Shown here: positions 51,523 through 60,771 of the stretch, piece by piece
Numbering within the stretch: position 1 is the first letter of the stretch
Layout: each line of letters begins with the position of its first letter
Source of the DNA: an uncultured Planctomycetota bacterium
Lineage (GTDB): Bacteria; Planctomycetota; Phycisphaerae; Tepidisphaerales; Tepidisphaeraceae
Reading direction: 5' to 3'
Assembly: GCA_963841915.1 (NCBI GenBank)
Contig: CAWJEN010000006.1
Location: 1,024,001-1,088,000 of the forward strand
DNA: 64,000 bases
Position numbers and translations under genes: made by a program
The notes under the pieces: generated by a model
The model's input: the letters and a program-made list of their open reading frames with translations, nothing else
Told to the model about the DNA's origin: nothing
The model's database searches: none

Positions 51523-53145
51523 TCAGCTTGTACGCGACTCGACCGCGTTGCGGACTTCGGTCAGCATCTGCTCGACGCGGAACGGCTTGAACAGGACCGC
51601 CTGCAGGCCTTCCTGGCTGGCACGGACGATGCAGTGGTTCGGGTCGTAGCCGAAGCCGGTCATGAGGATGACGGGCGGCGGCGTGTCGAGTTTGCGGGCG
51701 GCGGCGAAGACGTCGTAGCCGCTGCGGTCGGGCATGCGGATGTCGCTCAAAACCAGGTCGAAGCGGTCGCCGTTCTGCAGCCGTTCGATCGCGCCGCGGC
51801 CGTCGACTTCAATCGTCACCTCGACGCGATACTTCCGCAGCACCGCAGCGACCGTGTCACGAATCGCAGGCTCATCGTCGACCACGAGCACGCGAGCACC
51901 ACGCAGCGGACCGGCCTCTTCGTCGTTGTGATCGTCTTCGGCCAGCTCCGTGCGGGTGCCCAGCACCGTCTGCGGCCCACGCACGGCGGCTGACATGCTG
52001 CGGCGTATGCCTTCGACATTGTCCAGGATCGCCCGAAGCCGACCTTGAAGCTGCTCCTGGCCGACGAAATCATCGAGCAGGCTGCCGGCGTCGAGGGCGA
52101 TGTCGTTCAGCGGGCCGGCAATCTCACCGGCGACGTCGTCGGCGACCTTCTTGTTGGTCGCCGCCCGCTCGCTGACGAGCAGCTTCAAGATCGACAGTGC
52201 GATGGCAACGTAGCGGCCGAAGATCTCGGCAAACTGGCGGTCATCTTCATTGAACGCGCCAAGCTGGCTGCTTTCGACATTGAGGACGCCGACGACCTGG
52301 TCGTCGAGCGTCAGCGGAACGGTGAGCGAGCTTTGTGCGTCGGCGAGCCCGGTGACGTAGCGGCCGTCCTGGCGCACATCATGACAGATGTAGCTGCGGC
52401 CGGTGAGGGCGACGAATCCACTGATGCCGCCTTGCTCGCCGTCGGTGTAAAGCTCGACATCGAGGGCTTCACTCGGCAGGCCGCTGGCGAGCACAGGCTC
52501 GAGCCGTTTGGTGTTGGGATCGACGAGGCGAATGTTGAAGTGCTCGAAGGCCATCAGATCGCGGGTAGCGCGGATGACCTTTTCCTCGAGCAGGCGCAGC
52601 CGCTCGGCGAGCGACATGTTGGCCACCGCCTGGCTCTCGATTTTAACGAGTTCTGCCCCAGCCTTGTCGATAGCGTCGATCTTCTGCCGCAGGCGTCGGT
52701 TGGCGGTGGCGTCGAAGATGACGGCGACGACCTGGCTCGCCCGGCCGCCGTCGTCGCAAACACAGTTGACGACCAGCTCGAAATGTCGATCACCGGCAAC
52801 GTTGAGCTGAATGCGTCGGCTTGGGCCGGTCGATTGCGCGGCAGGCTGGATGTCCTGGAACTGCTCGAAGGCGTCACGACACGTGTGAATCACCTGTTGC
52901 TGAATGTCACCGGCCCACCGTCGCATACGGCCGTTCATCCAGCGGACGTCGCCGTCACGCCCGACGACGACGATGCCTTCGCCGACCACATCAAGCACGC
53001 CGCCCAACGCCTCTGCGGCCTGGCCTACGTCGGCCTCCACGGCATCAGGCCCGGCGTCTGATTCAGCGATCGGCAGGCCTGGGCGCACGGGTACGGCAGG
53101 GTGGGTGGACGAGCAGGTAGCAGAAACCCCGGCAGCCGGGCACAA
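51523..53145 (-). CDS. PAS-GAF-(HisKA-like)-receiver signalling protein; gene start uncertain
   Basis: PAS 'EGIVVV..DG.V.WMN'; GAF 'VPL..DQVVGVLNVES..AF..DD'; receiver 'VLVVDDE..DLVLSDIRMP..MTG..KPF'. Confidence 0.85.
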   Translation of the reverse strand: MCPAAGVSATCSSTHPAVPVRPGLPIAESDAGPDAVEADVGQAAEALGGVLDVVGEGIVVVGRDGDVRWMNGRMRRWAGDIQQQVIHTCRDAFEQFQDIQPAAQSTGPSRRIQLNVAGDRHFELVVNCVCDDGGRASQVVAVIFDATANRRLRQKIDAIDKAGAELVKIESQAVANMSLAERLRLLEEKVIRATRDLMAFEHFNIRLVDPNTKRLEPVLASGLPSEALDVELYTDGEQGGISGFVALTGRSYICHDVRQDGRYVTGLADAQSSLTVPLTLDDQVVGVLNVESSQLGAFNEDDRQFAEIFGRYVAIALSILKLLVSERAATNKKVADDVAGEIAGPLNDIALDAGSLLDDFVGQEQLQGRLRAILDNVEGIRRSMSAAVRGPQTVLGTRTELAEDDHNDEEAGPLRGARVLVVDDEPAIRDTVAAVLRKYRVEVTIEVDGRGAIERLQNGDRFDLVLSDIRMPDRSGYDVFAAARKLDTPPPVILMTGFGYDPNHCIVRASQEGLQAVLFKPFRVEQMLTEVRNAVESRTS

Positions 53146-53208
53146 ATACCCAGACGTCGTGGCGAAGCGTAACGCCCAACTGGTCCGACGCCAACGCTTC
53201 CTTCAGGA

Positions 53209-54144
53209 TTATGGGGGGCAAAAGCTCTCGTCAGCCTCACCTGTTCTAGCGACGTCAATCGCGTGCCGAGCAACGGCATGATCAACATTCGCCACCGTTG
53301 CATGAAGCAAATGCCCGCCTTCTTCGAAAACGACGTTGAGCGTCAGGCCACCAGCGGCGGGCGTGGCGTGGGCTGCAATCGGGCTGTGGCAGTCACCGTC
53401 GAGCAGGCGAATCACCTCCCGCTCGGCTGTCACACACCGCTGCGTCACGGGATCATTGACGGCAGCCAGGCGTTCACGCGTCACAACATCATCACGCCGG
53501 CACTGCAACGCCAACGCACCCTGGCCAGCTGCCGGAACAAAACGGTTCAAGTCCAACGGGTGAAGATCAATGCTGTTGGCCCCGCTCGGCGACAGGCGGC
53601 CTAACCGCTGCAGGCCTGCAGCGGCGAGGACGACGGCATCGACCTTGCCGGCGTCGATCAGGGACAACCGTGTGTCGACGTTCCCGCGGATGGGAACGGC
53701 GATCAGGTCAGGCCGCAACGCCCGAAGAAGTGCGACCCGTCGCGGGCTGCCTGTGCCGACGCGGCTACCGGCCGCCATTGCATCGAGCGGGTATGCACCG
53801 ACCAGCACGTCGGCCGGGTCGGCCCGAGGCGGTACGGCGGCGACGACTAAATCCGCCTCGTCGACCAACGGCATCGTCGTCGGGACATCCTTATAGCTGT
53901 GCACGGCGAAGTCTGCACCACCTCTGAGCAGGCACAGCTCGACCTCCTTCGTGAACAACCCCTTCCCACCGGCGTCGGCGAGCGAGCCCTTCGTGACGTC
54001 GCCGGTCGTGACGATGCCGACGAGTTCCACGACGAGGCCTTCATGCGCGGCTTCGAGCATCGCAGCGACTTGCCGCGACTGTGCCAAAGCCAGCGGGCTC
54101 TTGCGGGTGGCGAGTCGAAGCGTTTGTGGCGGTTTCGCGGTCAA
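53209..54144 (-). CDS. hemC: Hydroxymethylbilane synthase (porphobilinogen deaminase)
   Basis: ATRKSPLALAQ, GKGLFTKE, AVHSYKD, RGNVDTRL, cofactor Cys in GDCHSPI. Confidence 0.95.
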   Translation of the reverse strand: MTAKPPQTLRLATRKSPLALAQSRQVAAMLEAAHEGLVVELVGIVTTGDVTKGSLADAGGKGLFTKEVELCLLRGGADFAVHSYKDVPTTMPLVDEADLVVAAVPPRADPADVLVGAYPLDAMAAGSRVGTGSPRRVALLRALRPDLIAVPIRGNVDTRLSLIDAGKVDAVVLAAAGLQRLGRLSPSGANSIDLHPLDLNRFVPAAGQGALALQCRRDDVVTRERLAAVNDPVTQRCVTAEREVIRLLDGDCHSPIAAHATPAAGGLTLNVVFEEGGHLLHATVANVDHAVARHAIDVARTGEADESFCPP

Positions 54145-54212
54145 TGAGGCAGGTTAGCCGTGCGTAAAGGACCAGCGCGGTAAAGGTCGCGGGGGCGTGC
54201 TATGCTGCCCCC

Positions 54213-55364
54213 ATGAGCGTCGCCGCCCCGCCCCGCAGTAAAGAGCAGCCGGCCCAGCAAGCTGATCGGAATGGTGCCCCGCATGCCAAGAAAACGGACG
54301 TGCAAGACATCCGCTCGCCCAGGCGGATGGACGGCCTCTTCGAGCCGTCGAAGGACGGCGACAAGGAGCGGGCCCGGCTGCGGATGATGATGCTCATCCG
54401 ACGCTTCGAAGAAAGCATGTACCGCGAGTACACCGCGCCCCGCGTGCTCGAAGACGGCACGAAGGAGATGAAGATCGGCGGCTTCTGTCACCTCTACAGC
54501 GGCCAGGAAGCCATCGCCGTCGGCTGCGAAGCGGCGATGAACCGCCAAAAGCACGACGACCAGCTCATCAACGCCTACCGCTGCCACGGCCACTCGCTCG
54601 CCCTGGGCATGAGCCCGCACGTCGCTGCCGCCGAGCTCTTCGGCAAGGCCACCGGCTGCTCCAAGGGCAAGGGCGGGTCGATGCACCTCTTCGACAAGAG
54701 CCAGGGCAACAACGGCGGCCACGGCATCGTCGGCGGACACCTGCCCGTCGCCGTCGGCATGGCCTTCGCCCAGTGGTACAAGAAGACCGGCGGCGTCACC
54801 TTCTGCTTCTTCGGCGACGGTGCCATCAACCAGGGCAGCCATAACGAAGCCCTCAACCTCGCCAGCCTCTACAAGCTGCCGGTCATCTGGGTCATCGAAA
54901 ATAACGCCGTTGCGATGGGCACGACGGTCGAACGGCACAGTGCCGAGACCGACCTGGCCAAGCGTGGCCTGGGCTACGACATGCCCACGTACAACCTCGA
55001 CGCCAACGACCTCGACGCGACGATCGAGCTCTTCAGCGAATGCGTCGCCCGCGGCCGCGAGGGCAACGGCCCCAGCTACATCTGCGCCAACACCTTCCGC
55101 TTCCGCGGCCACTCGATGAGCGACCCGCTCAAGTACCGCACCCGCGAAGAGGCCGAGGCCGCCAAGGAGCGTGACCCGATCAGCCTTTACGAGATCAAAC
55201 TCCGCGAGGCCGGCTTCCTGAACGACGAGCAGTCGGACACGATGGAGCAGGAAGTCCGCCAGGAGGTCAAGGACGCCATCAAGCAGGCCGACGAGGACCC
55301 GCACCCGGACGTCGAGAGCCGGTTCGACGACGCGTTGGCGGAGAAGTATCCGTTGGAGGTGTGA
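54213..55364 (+). CDS. pdhA: Pyruvate dehydrogenase E1 alpha subunit
   Basis: IGGFCHLYSGQEA, GKGGSMH, GDGA...ENN TPP motif, RFRGHSMSDP. Confidence 0.95.
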   Translation: MSVAAPPRSKEQPAQQADRNGAPHAKKTDVQDIRSPRRMDGLFEPSKDGDKERARLRMMMLIRRFEESMYREYTAPRVLEDGTKEMKIGGFCHLYSGQEAIAVGCEAAMNRQKHDDQLINAYRCHGHSLALGMSPHVAAAELFGKATGCSKGKGGSMHLFDKSQGNNGGHGIVGGHLPVAVGMAFAQWYKKTGGVTFCFFGDGAINQGSHNEALNLASLYKLPVIWVIENNAVAMGTTVERHSAETDLAKRGLGYDMPTYNLDANDLDATIELFSECVARGREGNGPSYICANTFRFRGHSMSDPLKYRTREEAEAAKERDPISLYEIKLREAGFLNDEQSDTMEQEVRQEVKDAIKQADEDPHPDVESRFDDALAEKYPLEV

Positions 55365-55367
55365 GTC

Positions 55368-55637
55368 ATGTACAAGGACAAGCAGAACCCGATCACCCGA
55401 CACCCGAACATCGTCAGCGGTGCTGCTTGCTTTGAAGGAACACGCGTGCCCGTCAAGTTTCTGCTTGATTACCTTTCGGGTGATGAGGAGCTTGCGGCGT
55501 TTCTTGAGAGCTATCCGGGCGTCTGCAAGGAGCAGGCTCGGCAGGCGCTTGATCTTGCCGGTGAATTGCTCGAGTTAAACGCCCGTGTCATCGGCGAGGA
55601 AGACGATAAATCGGACCGGCTAGAGACAGCCGCATGA
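55368..55637 (+). CDS. DUF433 family antitoxin
   Basis: ITRHPNIVSG.ACF.GTRVPV...YP motif. Confidence 0.88.
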   Translation: MYKDKQNPITRHPNIVSGAACFEGTRVPVKFLLDYLSGDEELAAFLESYPGVCKEQARQALDLAGELLELNARVIGEEDDKSDRLETAA

Positions 55638-55975
55638 AGGTGCTTCTTGACGAGAATGTGCCGATCCTGCTGCGACAGCACATGGCCGATCACGAGTGCT
55701 TCAGCGTCAAGTACATGGGCTGGGACAGCCTCGAAAACGGGGCGCTGCTAGTGACGGCCGCCGAAGCGGGCTTTGACGCGATGCTGACGCTCGACATCAA
55801 GATGCCGGGCCAGCACAGTTGGGCCACGATGCGGCTGCCGGTCCTCGTGATCCACCTTCCCGGCGTTCGCGGCCAGAAGATGCCAGCGTTGCTGCGACTG
55901 CTCCCCGATATCCTCCGCCTGCTCGCGACGAATCCGCCGCCAGGCTTCCACCACGTTGGCAAGTCAGAAGGATGA
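55634..55975 (+). CDS. DUF5615/Mut7-C-like PIN toxin
   Basis: MKVLLDENVP...LTLD; ATGA-coupled to the DUF433 gene. Confidence 0.82.
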   Translation: MKVLLDENVPILLRQHMADHECFSVKYMGWDSLENGALLVTAAEAGFDAMLTLDIKMPGQHSWATMRLPVLVIHLPGVRGQKMPALLRLLPDILRLLATNPPPGFHHVGKSEG

Positions 55976-56253
55976 AGCAAGTCGATCAAGCCAAGGAAAC
56001 GGTGCGTCGGGTCGTCAACCAATGGGATCCCTACGGCCTGCTGCGGCTAGGCTGCCCCGTTGACGAATTCGATCCTGAGGTCGATGAGATCGTGCGTCAG
56101 CTCGGGAAGCTCAAGTCACCTTTTGACGCCGCAAACATCATCTCACAAACTTTCTCGAACTGGTTCTACGACCCGGTGAAGTTCTGCCCCGCAAACTGCA
56201 TCGAGGTCGGCGAGCGACTCTTCGAGAAGCTCCAAGAACAACAACTGGTCTAA
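55972..56253 (+). CDS. DUF1871 (YugE-like) small protein
   Basis: WDPYGL....P.DEFD.EV..I motif; ATGA-coupled to the PIN gene. Confidence 0.7.
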   Translation: MKQVDQAKETVRRVVNQWDPYGLLRLGCPVDEFDPEVDEIVRQLGKLKSPFDAANIISQTFSNWFYDPVKFCPANCIEVGERLFEKLQEQQLV

Positions 56254-56262
56254 CCTACACCC

Positions 56263-57246
56263 ATGCCCCAGATCCAATACCGCCAGGCCCTCCGCGACGC
56301 CATGACCGAGGAGATGGAACGCGACGAGAACGTCTTCCTCATGGGCGAGGAAGTCGCCGAGTACAACGGGGCTTACAAGGTCTCCGAAGGCATGCTCGAG
56401 AAGTTCGGGCCGCGACGCATCTTCGACACGCCCATCAGCGAGACCGGCTTCAGCGGGCTGGGCGTCGGGGCGGCGTGCATGGGGCTTCGGCCGATCATCG
56501 AGTTCATGAGCTGGTCGTTCACGCTCGTCTGTGCCGACCAGATCATCAACAACGCCGCCAACGTCCGCTACATGTCCGGCGGGCAGTACACCGTGCCCGT
56601 CGTCTTCCGCGGCGGCAACGGCATCGCCCACCAGCTCGGGGCCACCCACTCGCACCGCGTCGAGACCATCTACGGCCGCATCCCCGGCCTCATCACCCTT
56701 TGCCCCGCCACGCCTTACGAGGCCAAGGGCTTGCTCAAGGCCGCCATCCGGTGTGACGACCCGGTCTGCTTCCTCGAGAGCGAGATCGTCCTGAACGACA
56801 AGGGCGAGGTGCCGGACGAGGAGTACGTCCTGCCCATCGGCAAGGCCGACGTGATGCGGGAGGGCGACGCCTGCACCGTCGTCTCCTACGGCAAAACGCT
56901 CACCCGCTTCGCCCAGCCCGCCGTCGAACAGCTCGCCGACGACGGCATCGACTGCGAGCTCATCAGCCTCCGCAGCCTGCGCCCGCTCGACACCGAGACG
57001 ATCGCCAGGAGCATCAAGAAGACCAACCGCTGCGTCATCGTCGACGAGGACTACGGCCTCTACGGCATGGGCGCCGGCGTTATGGAGAAGATCTACCAGA
57101 AGACCTTCGACGACCTCGACGCCCCGATCGGCCGGGTGCACAGCGACGATATTCCTGTGCCGTACGGCCACTACATGGAAGAGGCGATGCTGCCGACGGC
57201 GGACAAGGTCATCAAGGCGGTGAAGGCGGCTTGTTACGCTGAGTGA
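56263..57246 (+). CDS. pdhB: Pyruvate dehydrogenase E1 beta subunit
   Basis: MGEEVAEYNGAYKVS, DTPISE, GLRPIIEFM, LRSLRPLD. Confidence 0.95.
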   Translation: MPQIQYRQALRDAMTEEMERDENVFLMGEEVAEYNGAYKVSEGMLEKFGPRRIFDTPISETGFSGLGVGAACMGLRPIIEFMSWSFTLVCADQIINNAANVRYMSGGQYTVPVVFRGGNGIAHQLGATHSHRVETIYGRIPGLITLCPATPYEAKGLLKAAIRCDDPVCFLESEIVLNDKGEVPDEEYVLPIGKADVMREGDACTVVSYGKTLTRFAQPAVEQLADDGIDCELISLRSLRPLDTETIARSIKKTNRCVIVDEDYGLYGMGAGVMEKIYQKTFDDLDAPIGRVHSDDIPVPYGHYMEEAMLPTADKVIKAVKAACYAE

Positions 57247-57304
57247 GCGGGAGTGACCTAAGTAGGGTCCGTGGTCACGGAATCTTAATTGGGGCTGTCT
57301 GTCA

Positions 57305-57921
57305 TGATGAGCGAGCTCAAAAGATTTCGAAGTTCGATTGCCGTTCAAGTATCGGACGTGCCATTTCCGCATTTTCCGAAGCGGAAGACCTGTATTTATG
57401 TGTTGAACGACATCGACTATCAGTGGATCGAAGACCTAGATGAAGAGCCTTGCTTAACGAACAGGGGCCAAACCGTAAGATGGTCTCTTGCAGACAAGCG
57501 AATAGAGCTGGCAGAGATCCTTCAGTTCGGGATGTGCTATGCTCTGGCATGGTCGAAAGCAGGCTTTGCTACGCTTCCAACACGGAGGACGATGAGTGGG
57601 GTTTGGAAGACTCATTTCGGTTATATCCAGCTGTTCGACTCAGGTAACGCACGGATGAAGTTGATCGGGAAGGGCACGTCGACCGATTCTGATGAGCTTT
57701 GTTGGAACATGAGCGAGAAACACCGCTTCGACCTCAGCCTGAAGGACTCAAGTAGACAAGACCGAGACGTATACAAGCAGACTTGTAACGTCTCTCGTTT
57801 TGATGGCACAATTCTTGAGATTGAGTCCGTTAGTGGCTTTAATCTTGATCCCTTCGGTTTTCCTGAGATTCAGTTGTGGAAGGCAACGAAGGGTCCCACT
57901 TCGTGGAAAGATCAAGAGTGA
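57305..57921 (+). CDS. Hypothetical protein in lower-GC DNA
   Basis: About 200-aa ORF with atypical composition and no recognised motif. Confidence 0.45.
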
Positions 57922-57958
57922 CGGCTGGAGTACCTTGCCGCGTACGTTGCTCCCATTG

Positions 57959-58054
57959 AGCCGGGTGCCGGGTGCCACGACACGCAGTGTCGTGGTAGAC
58001 CCTACCGCCACCCGAAGTCACGACACTGCGTGTCGTGGCACCCGGCACCCGGCT
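57959..58054. repeat. REPIN-like inverted doublet
   Basis: Perfect 36-bp inverted arms with a 24-nt spacer; each arm contains GGTGCCAC plus the palindrome CACGACAC-GCA-GTGTCGTG. Confidence 0.88.
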
Positions 58055-58148
58055 TGTAAACACGTGAGATAAAGGGGTCGCAAGCCTTTTCCGGGGGCAG
58101 ATAAAAGGGGGGGGGGGCAGATAAAGGGGTCGCGAGCCTATTGAGCCT

Positions 58149-58823
58149 TCAATCCTCGACCGGATCGTCCTTTGCCAGCTCCACGCCCGCGTACACCTCT
58201 GCCAGCGGCAGCTCGACGCCGATGGAGTCGAGCCGAGCGACGGTGTCGAGGCCGCGGTGGTGATCGATCCGCCAGTCGCCGTTGTCGCGGCGGAGGAAGG
58301 TCGTGACGACCGCCTCGGCCTGGTTGATCAGCACGTACTCGCGGAACGACTCGATCTCGGCGTACCGCTCGAACTTCAGGCCTCGGTCGTGGCTTTCGGT
58401 CGATTCGCTCAGGACTTCAATGAGCAGCGTCGGATTCGTTGCGGTATCTGTCTTCTTGCCGAATCGCTCGGTGTCGAGTTCGCCGCAGACGACGGTGGCA
58501 TCGGGATAGGTGTAGAGGCCTTTGTAACCGCTCTGGCGGCGGAAGCCGGGCGTGCGAATGCGAAGGTCGGACGAGTAGATACGGCATCGCCCGCCCTTGA
58601 GACGCTGATGAAGCTCGCCGATCGCATTCGCAGCCATTAATGCGTGCCTCGGCGTGCCGCCTGCCATCGCCACGACCTCGCCGCCGATGATCAGCGGCCG
58701 GTGCAGCGGCAGCACTTCGCCGTCGATCCACTCGTGCTTTTCATCCGCCTCTTCCTCGAAGGCGATGTACTCCTCCGGCGTGGCGAAGAACCGCTCAGGC
58801 TTTTGGGAGGTCGCGTCACTCAT
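58149..58823 (-). CDS. Uma2 (DUF820) family endonuclease-like protein
   Basis: HEWIDGEV..AMAGGT..H, YPDATVVC, LIEVLSEST..DRG.KF..Y. Confidence 0.92.
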   Translation of the reverse strand: MSDATSQKPERFFATPEEYIAFEEEADEKHEWIDGEVLPLHRPLIIGGEVVAMAGGTPRHALMAANAIGELHQRLKGGRCRIYSSDLRIRTPGFRRQSGYKGLYTYPDATVVCGELDTERFGKKTDTATNPTLLIEVLSESTESHDRGLKFERYAEIESFREYVLINQAEAVVTTFLRRDNGDWRIDHHRGLDTVARLDSIGVELPLAEVYAGVELAKDDPVED

Positions 58824-58869
58824 GAGCGGAGTTTATCACATGCCTCAGCTCGGTGGCTCGGTGGCACTG

Positions 58870-58915
58870 AGCGTCGGATAGTCGGTGTAGCCCACTGCCC
58901 CGCCGCCGTAGTAGG
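58870..58915 (-). repeat. Duplicated 3' end of the Old Yellow Enzyme gene
   Basis: 43/46 identical to 59632-59677; encodes YYGGGAVGYTDYPTL. Confidence 0.9.
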
Positions 58916-58962
58916 GCAGAGAAAGGGGTCGCGATGCTGTTGCTGCCTCTGAACGTTCGACT

Positions 58963-59592
58963 TCAGCCTGCCGCTTCTGCGAACGCCTCATTGGCGGGAA
59001 AGGCGAGGCCGTCGAGGACTTGGCTCGTTACGACGTCGTCCGCCCGCGAGGCGCGCCAAAGGCGGTAGCGGCCGACCAGCTTGTCGATCTCGTACTGCTC
59101 GATCAGGCGGTCGTCGGGGTCAACGATCCAATACTCGCGCACGCCGCCGGCGGCGTAGGTATCAAACTTGATGCCGCGGTCGCGATTACGGCTGGACTCG
59201 CTGAGAATCTCGATAGTGATGGCCGGGATCGGGAAGATCGTCGTGTCGGCGGTGAAGGTGTCGCTGACGGCCTTTGGCCAGTAGTTGAGGTCCGGGATGT
59301 AGTCGTTCCGCGGGAAGCGGACGAGCTTTTTGCCGGCGACGGCACCAAGGTTCCGCTGCTTGACGAACGCCTTCAGCCTGTCTTTCAGGTTGTCCTCGAT
59401 GAGGCCATGGCCCCAGCGTTCGGGTGAATGGTGAACAACCTCTCCCTGAATGAACTCGGCACGCTTGTGTTCGTCGAGCCATTCGACGTACTCCGCCCGT
59501 CGCCTCGCCTCGTCGGCGATGGCTTCTTCGAGCTCGTTCATCACGCTCGGCAAATCGGGCCGACGCATGAGTTCTTCAACGATTGCGCTCAT
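58963..59592 (-). CDS. Uma2 (DUF820) family endonuclease-like protein
   Basis: AEFIQGEV..SP...H, YIPDL, IEILSES..RDRGIKF..YA..GVREYWIVDP; ATGA-coupled to the OYE gene. Confidence 0.9.
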   Translation of the reverse strand: MSAIVEELMRRPDLPSVMNELEEAIADEARRRAEYVEWLDEHKRAEFIQGEVVHHSPERWGHGLIEDNLKDRLKAFVKQRNLGAVAGKKLVRFPRNDYIPDLNYWPKAVSDTFTADTTIFPIPAITIEILSESSRNRDRGIKFDTYAAGGVREYWIVDPDDRLIEQYEIDKLVGRYRLWRASRADDVVTSQVLDGLAFPANEAFAEAAG

Positions 59593-60736
59593 GCAGGCAT
59601 GATAACAGGCTTCGGCTGCTGTGTGGCCTCCAGCGTCGGATAGTCGGTATAGCCCGCCGCCCCGCCGCCGTAGTAGGTGGCGTTGTCGGGCTCGTTCAGC
59701 GGGCTGTCGGTGGCGAGGCGGATCGGCAGATCGGGGTTGCTGATGAACGGACGGCCGAAGGCGATGGCGTCGGCCTTCTCCTGCTCGATCCACTCGGTGG
59801 CCTCGGCGGCGTCGAAGCTGGCGTTGGCGACGAAAAGGCCGTCGAAGACGTCCTTCATTTTGGCGAGCAGCGTGTGGCCGGGCTCGGGGTCGTCGGTGCG
59901 CTGCCGGAAGCTGTCGGGGCGGAGGACGTGCAAGTAGGCCAGGCGCTTGTTCGCGAGGCGATCGGTCGCGGCGAGCCAGGTCGCTTCAACCATCTCCAGG
60001 TCTTTGCCGCCAGGCGGACTGAGGCGGACGCCGATGCGGTCGGCGTCGAGTTCATCGAGCAGCGCGTCGATGACCTGGCCGAGCAGCCGCGTGCGGTTCT
60101 CGACGCTGCCGCCGTAGGCATCGGTCCGCTTGTTGATCGTGGCGTCGAGAAACTGCTGAATGAGGTAGCCGTTGGCGGCATGAAGCTCGACGCCGTCGAA
60201 GCCGGCGGCGTGGGCACAGCGGGCGGCGTGGCGGTAGTCATTGAGCAGACGCGGGATCTCGTCGAGGCCAAGCGCCGCGCCGGCGGGTGGCGCGGACGTT
60301 CGCCCTCGGGCACGAGGTCGCCGAGGTAGGCCTTGCCCTCGGGGTGCCATTCGCTGCTGCTGACCGGGCTGCCGCCACCCGGTTGGAAGATGGCGTGGCT
60401 GATCGCCCCGACGTGCCAGAGCTGGCAGAAGATGCGCCCACCGGCAACGTGGACGGCGTCGGTGACGACCTTCCACGCCTCGACCTGCTCGTCGGTATGG
60501 ATGCCGGGCGCGCGGGCGTAACCCTGGCCTTCGTGGCTGATCTGCGTGGCTTCGCTGATGATGAGGCCGCTCGTTGCCCGTTGCGCGTAGTAGAGCGCGT
60601 GCAGCGGCGTGACGAGGTTCCCCGGCACCTCGCAACGGCAACGGGTCAGCGGTGCCATCCAAACCCGATTCTTCAGCGTAAACCGGCCCATCTCGAGCGG
60701 GTGAAGCAGCGGATGCGTGTCGAGGTCGCTGGACAT
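59589..60736 (-). CDS. Old Yellow Enzyme family alkene reductase (NemA-like), split by a 1-nt frameshift near 60278
   Basis: KNRVWMAPLTR and QLWHVG in one frame; GFDGVELHAANGYL, FGRPFISNPDL and GYTDYP in the other. Confidence 0.85.
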
Positions 60737-60771
60737 GATCTGCAAGGTAGGGACGCGTAAGTCACGCCTCC

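Noticed and set aside
58149..59592. Uma2 pair as a restriction or defence system
   Set aside because: No methylase or other defence gene is adjacent, and Uma2 paralogues are common in planctomycetes; only the insertion scar is reported.
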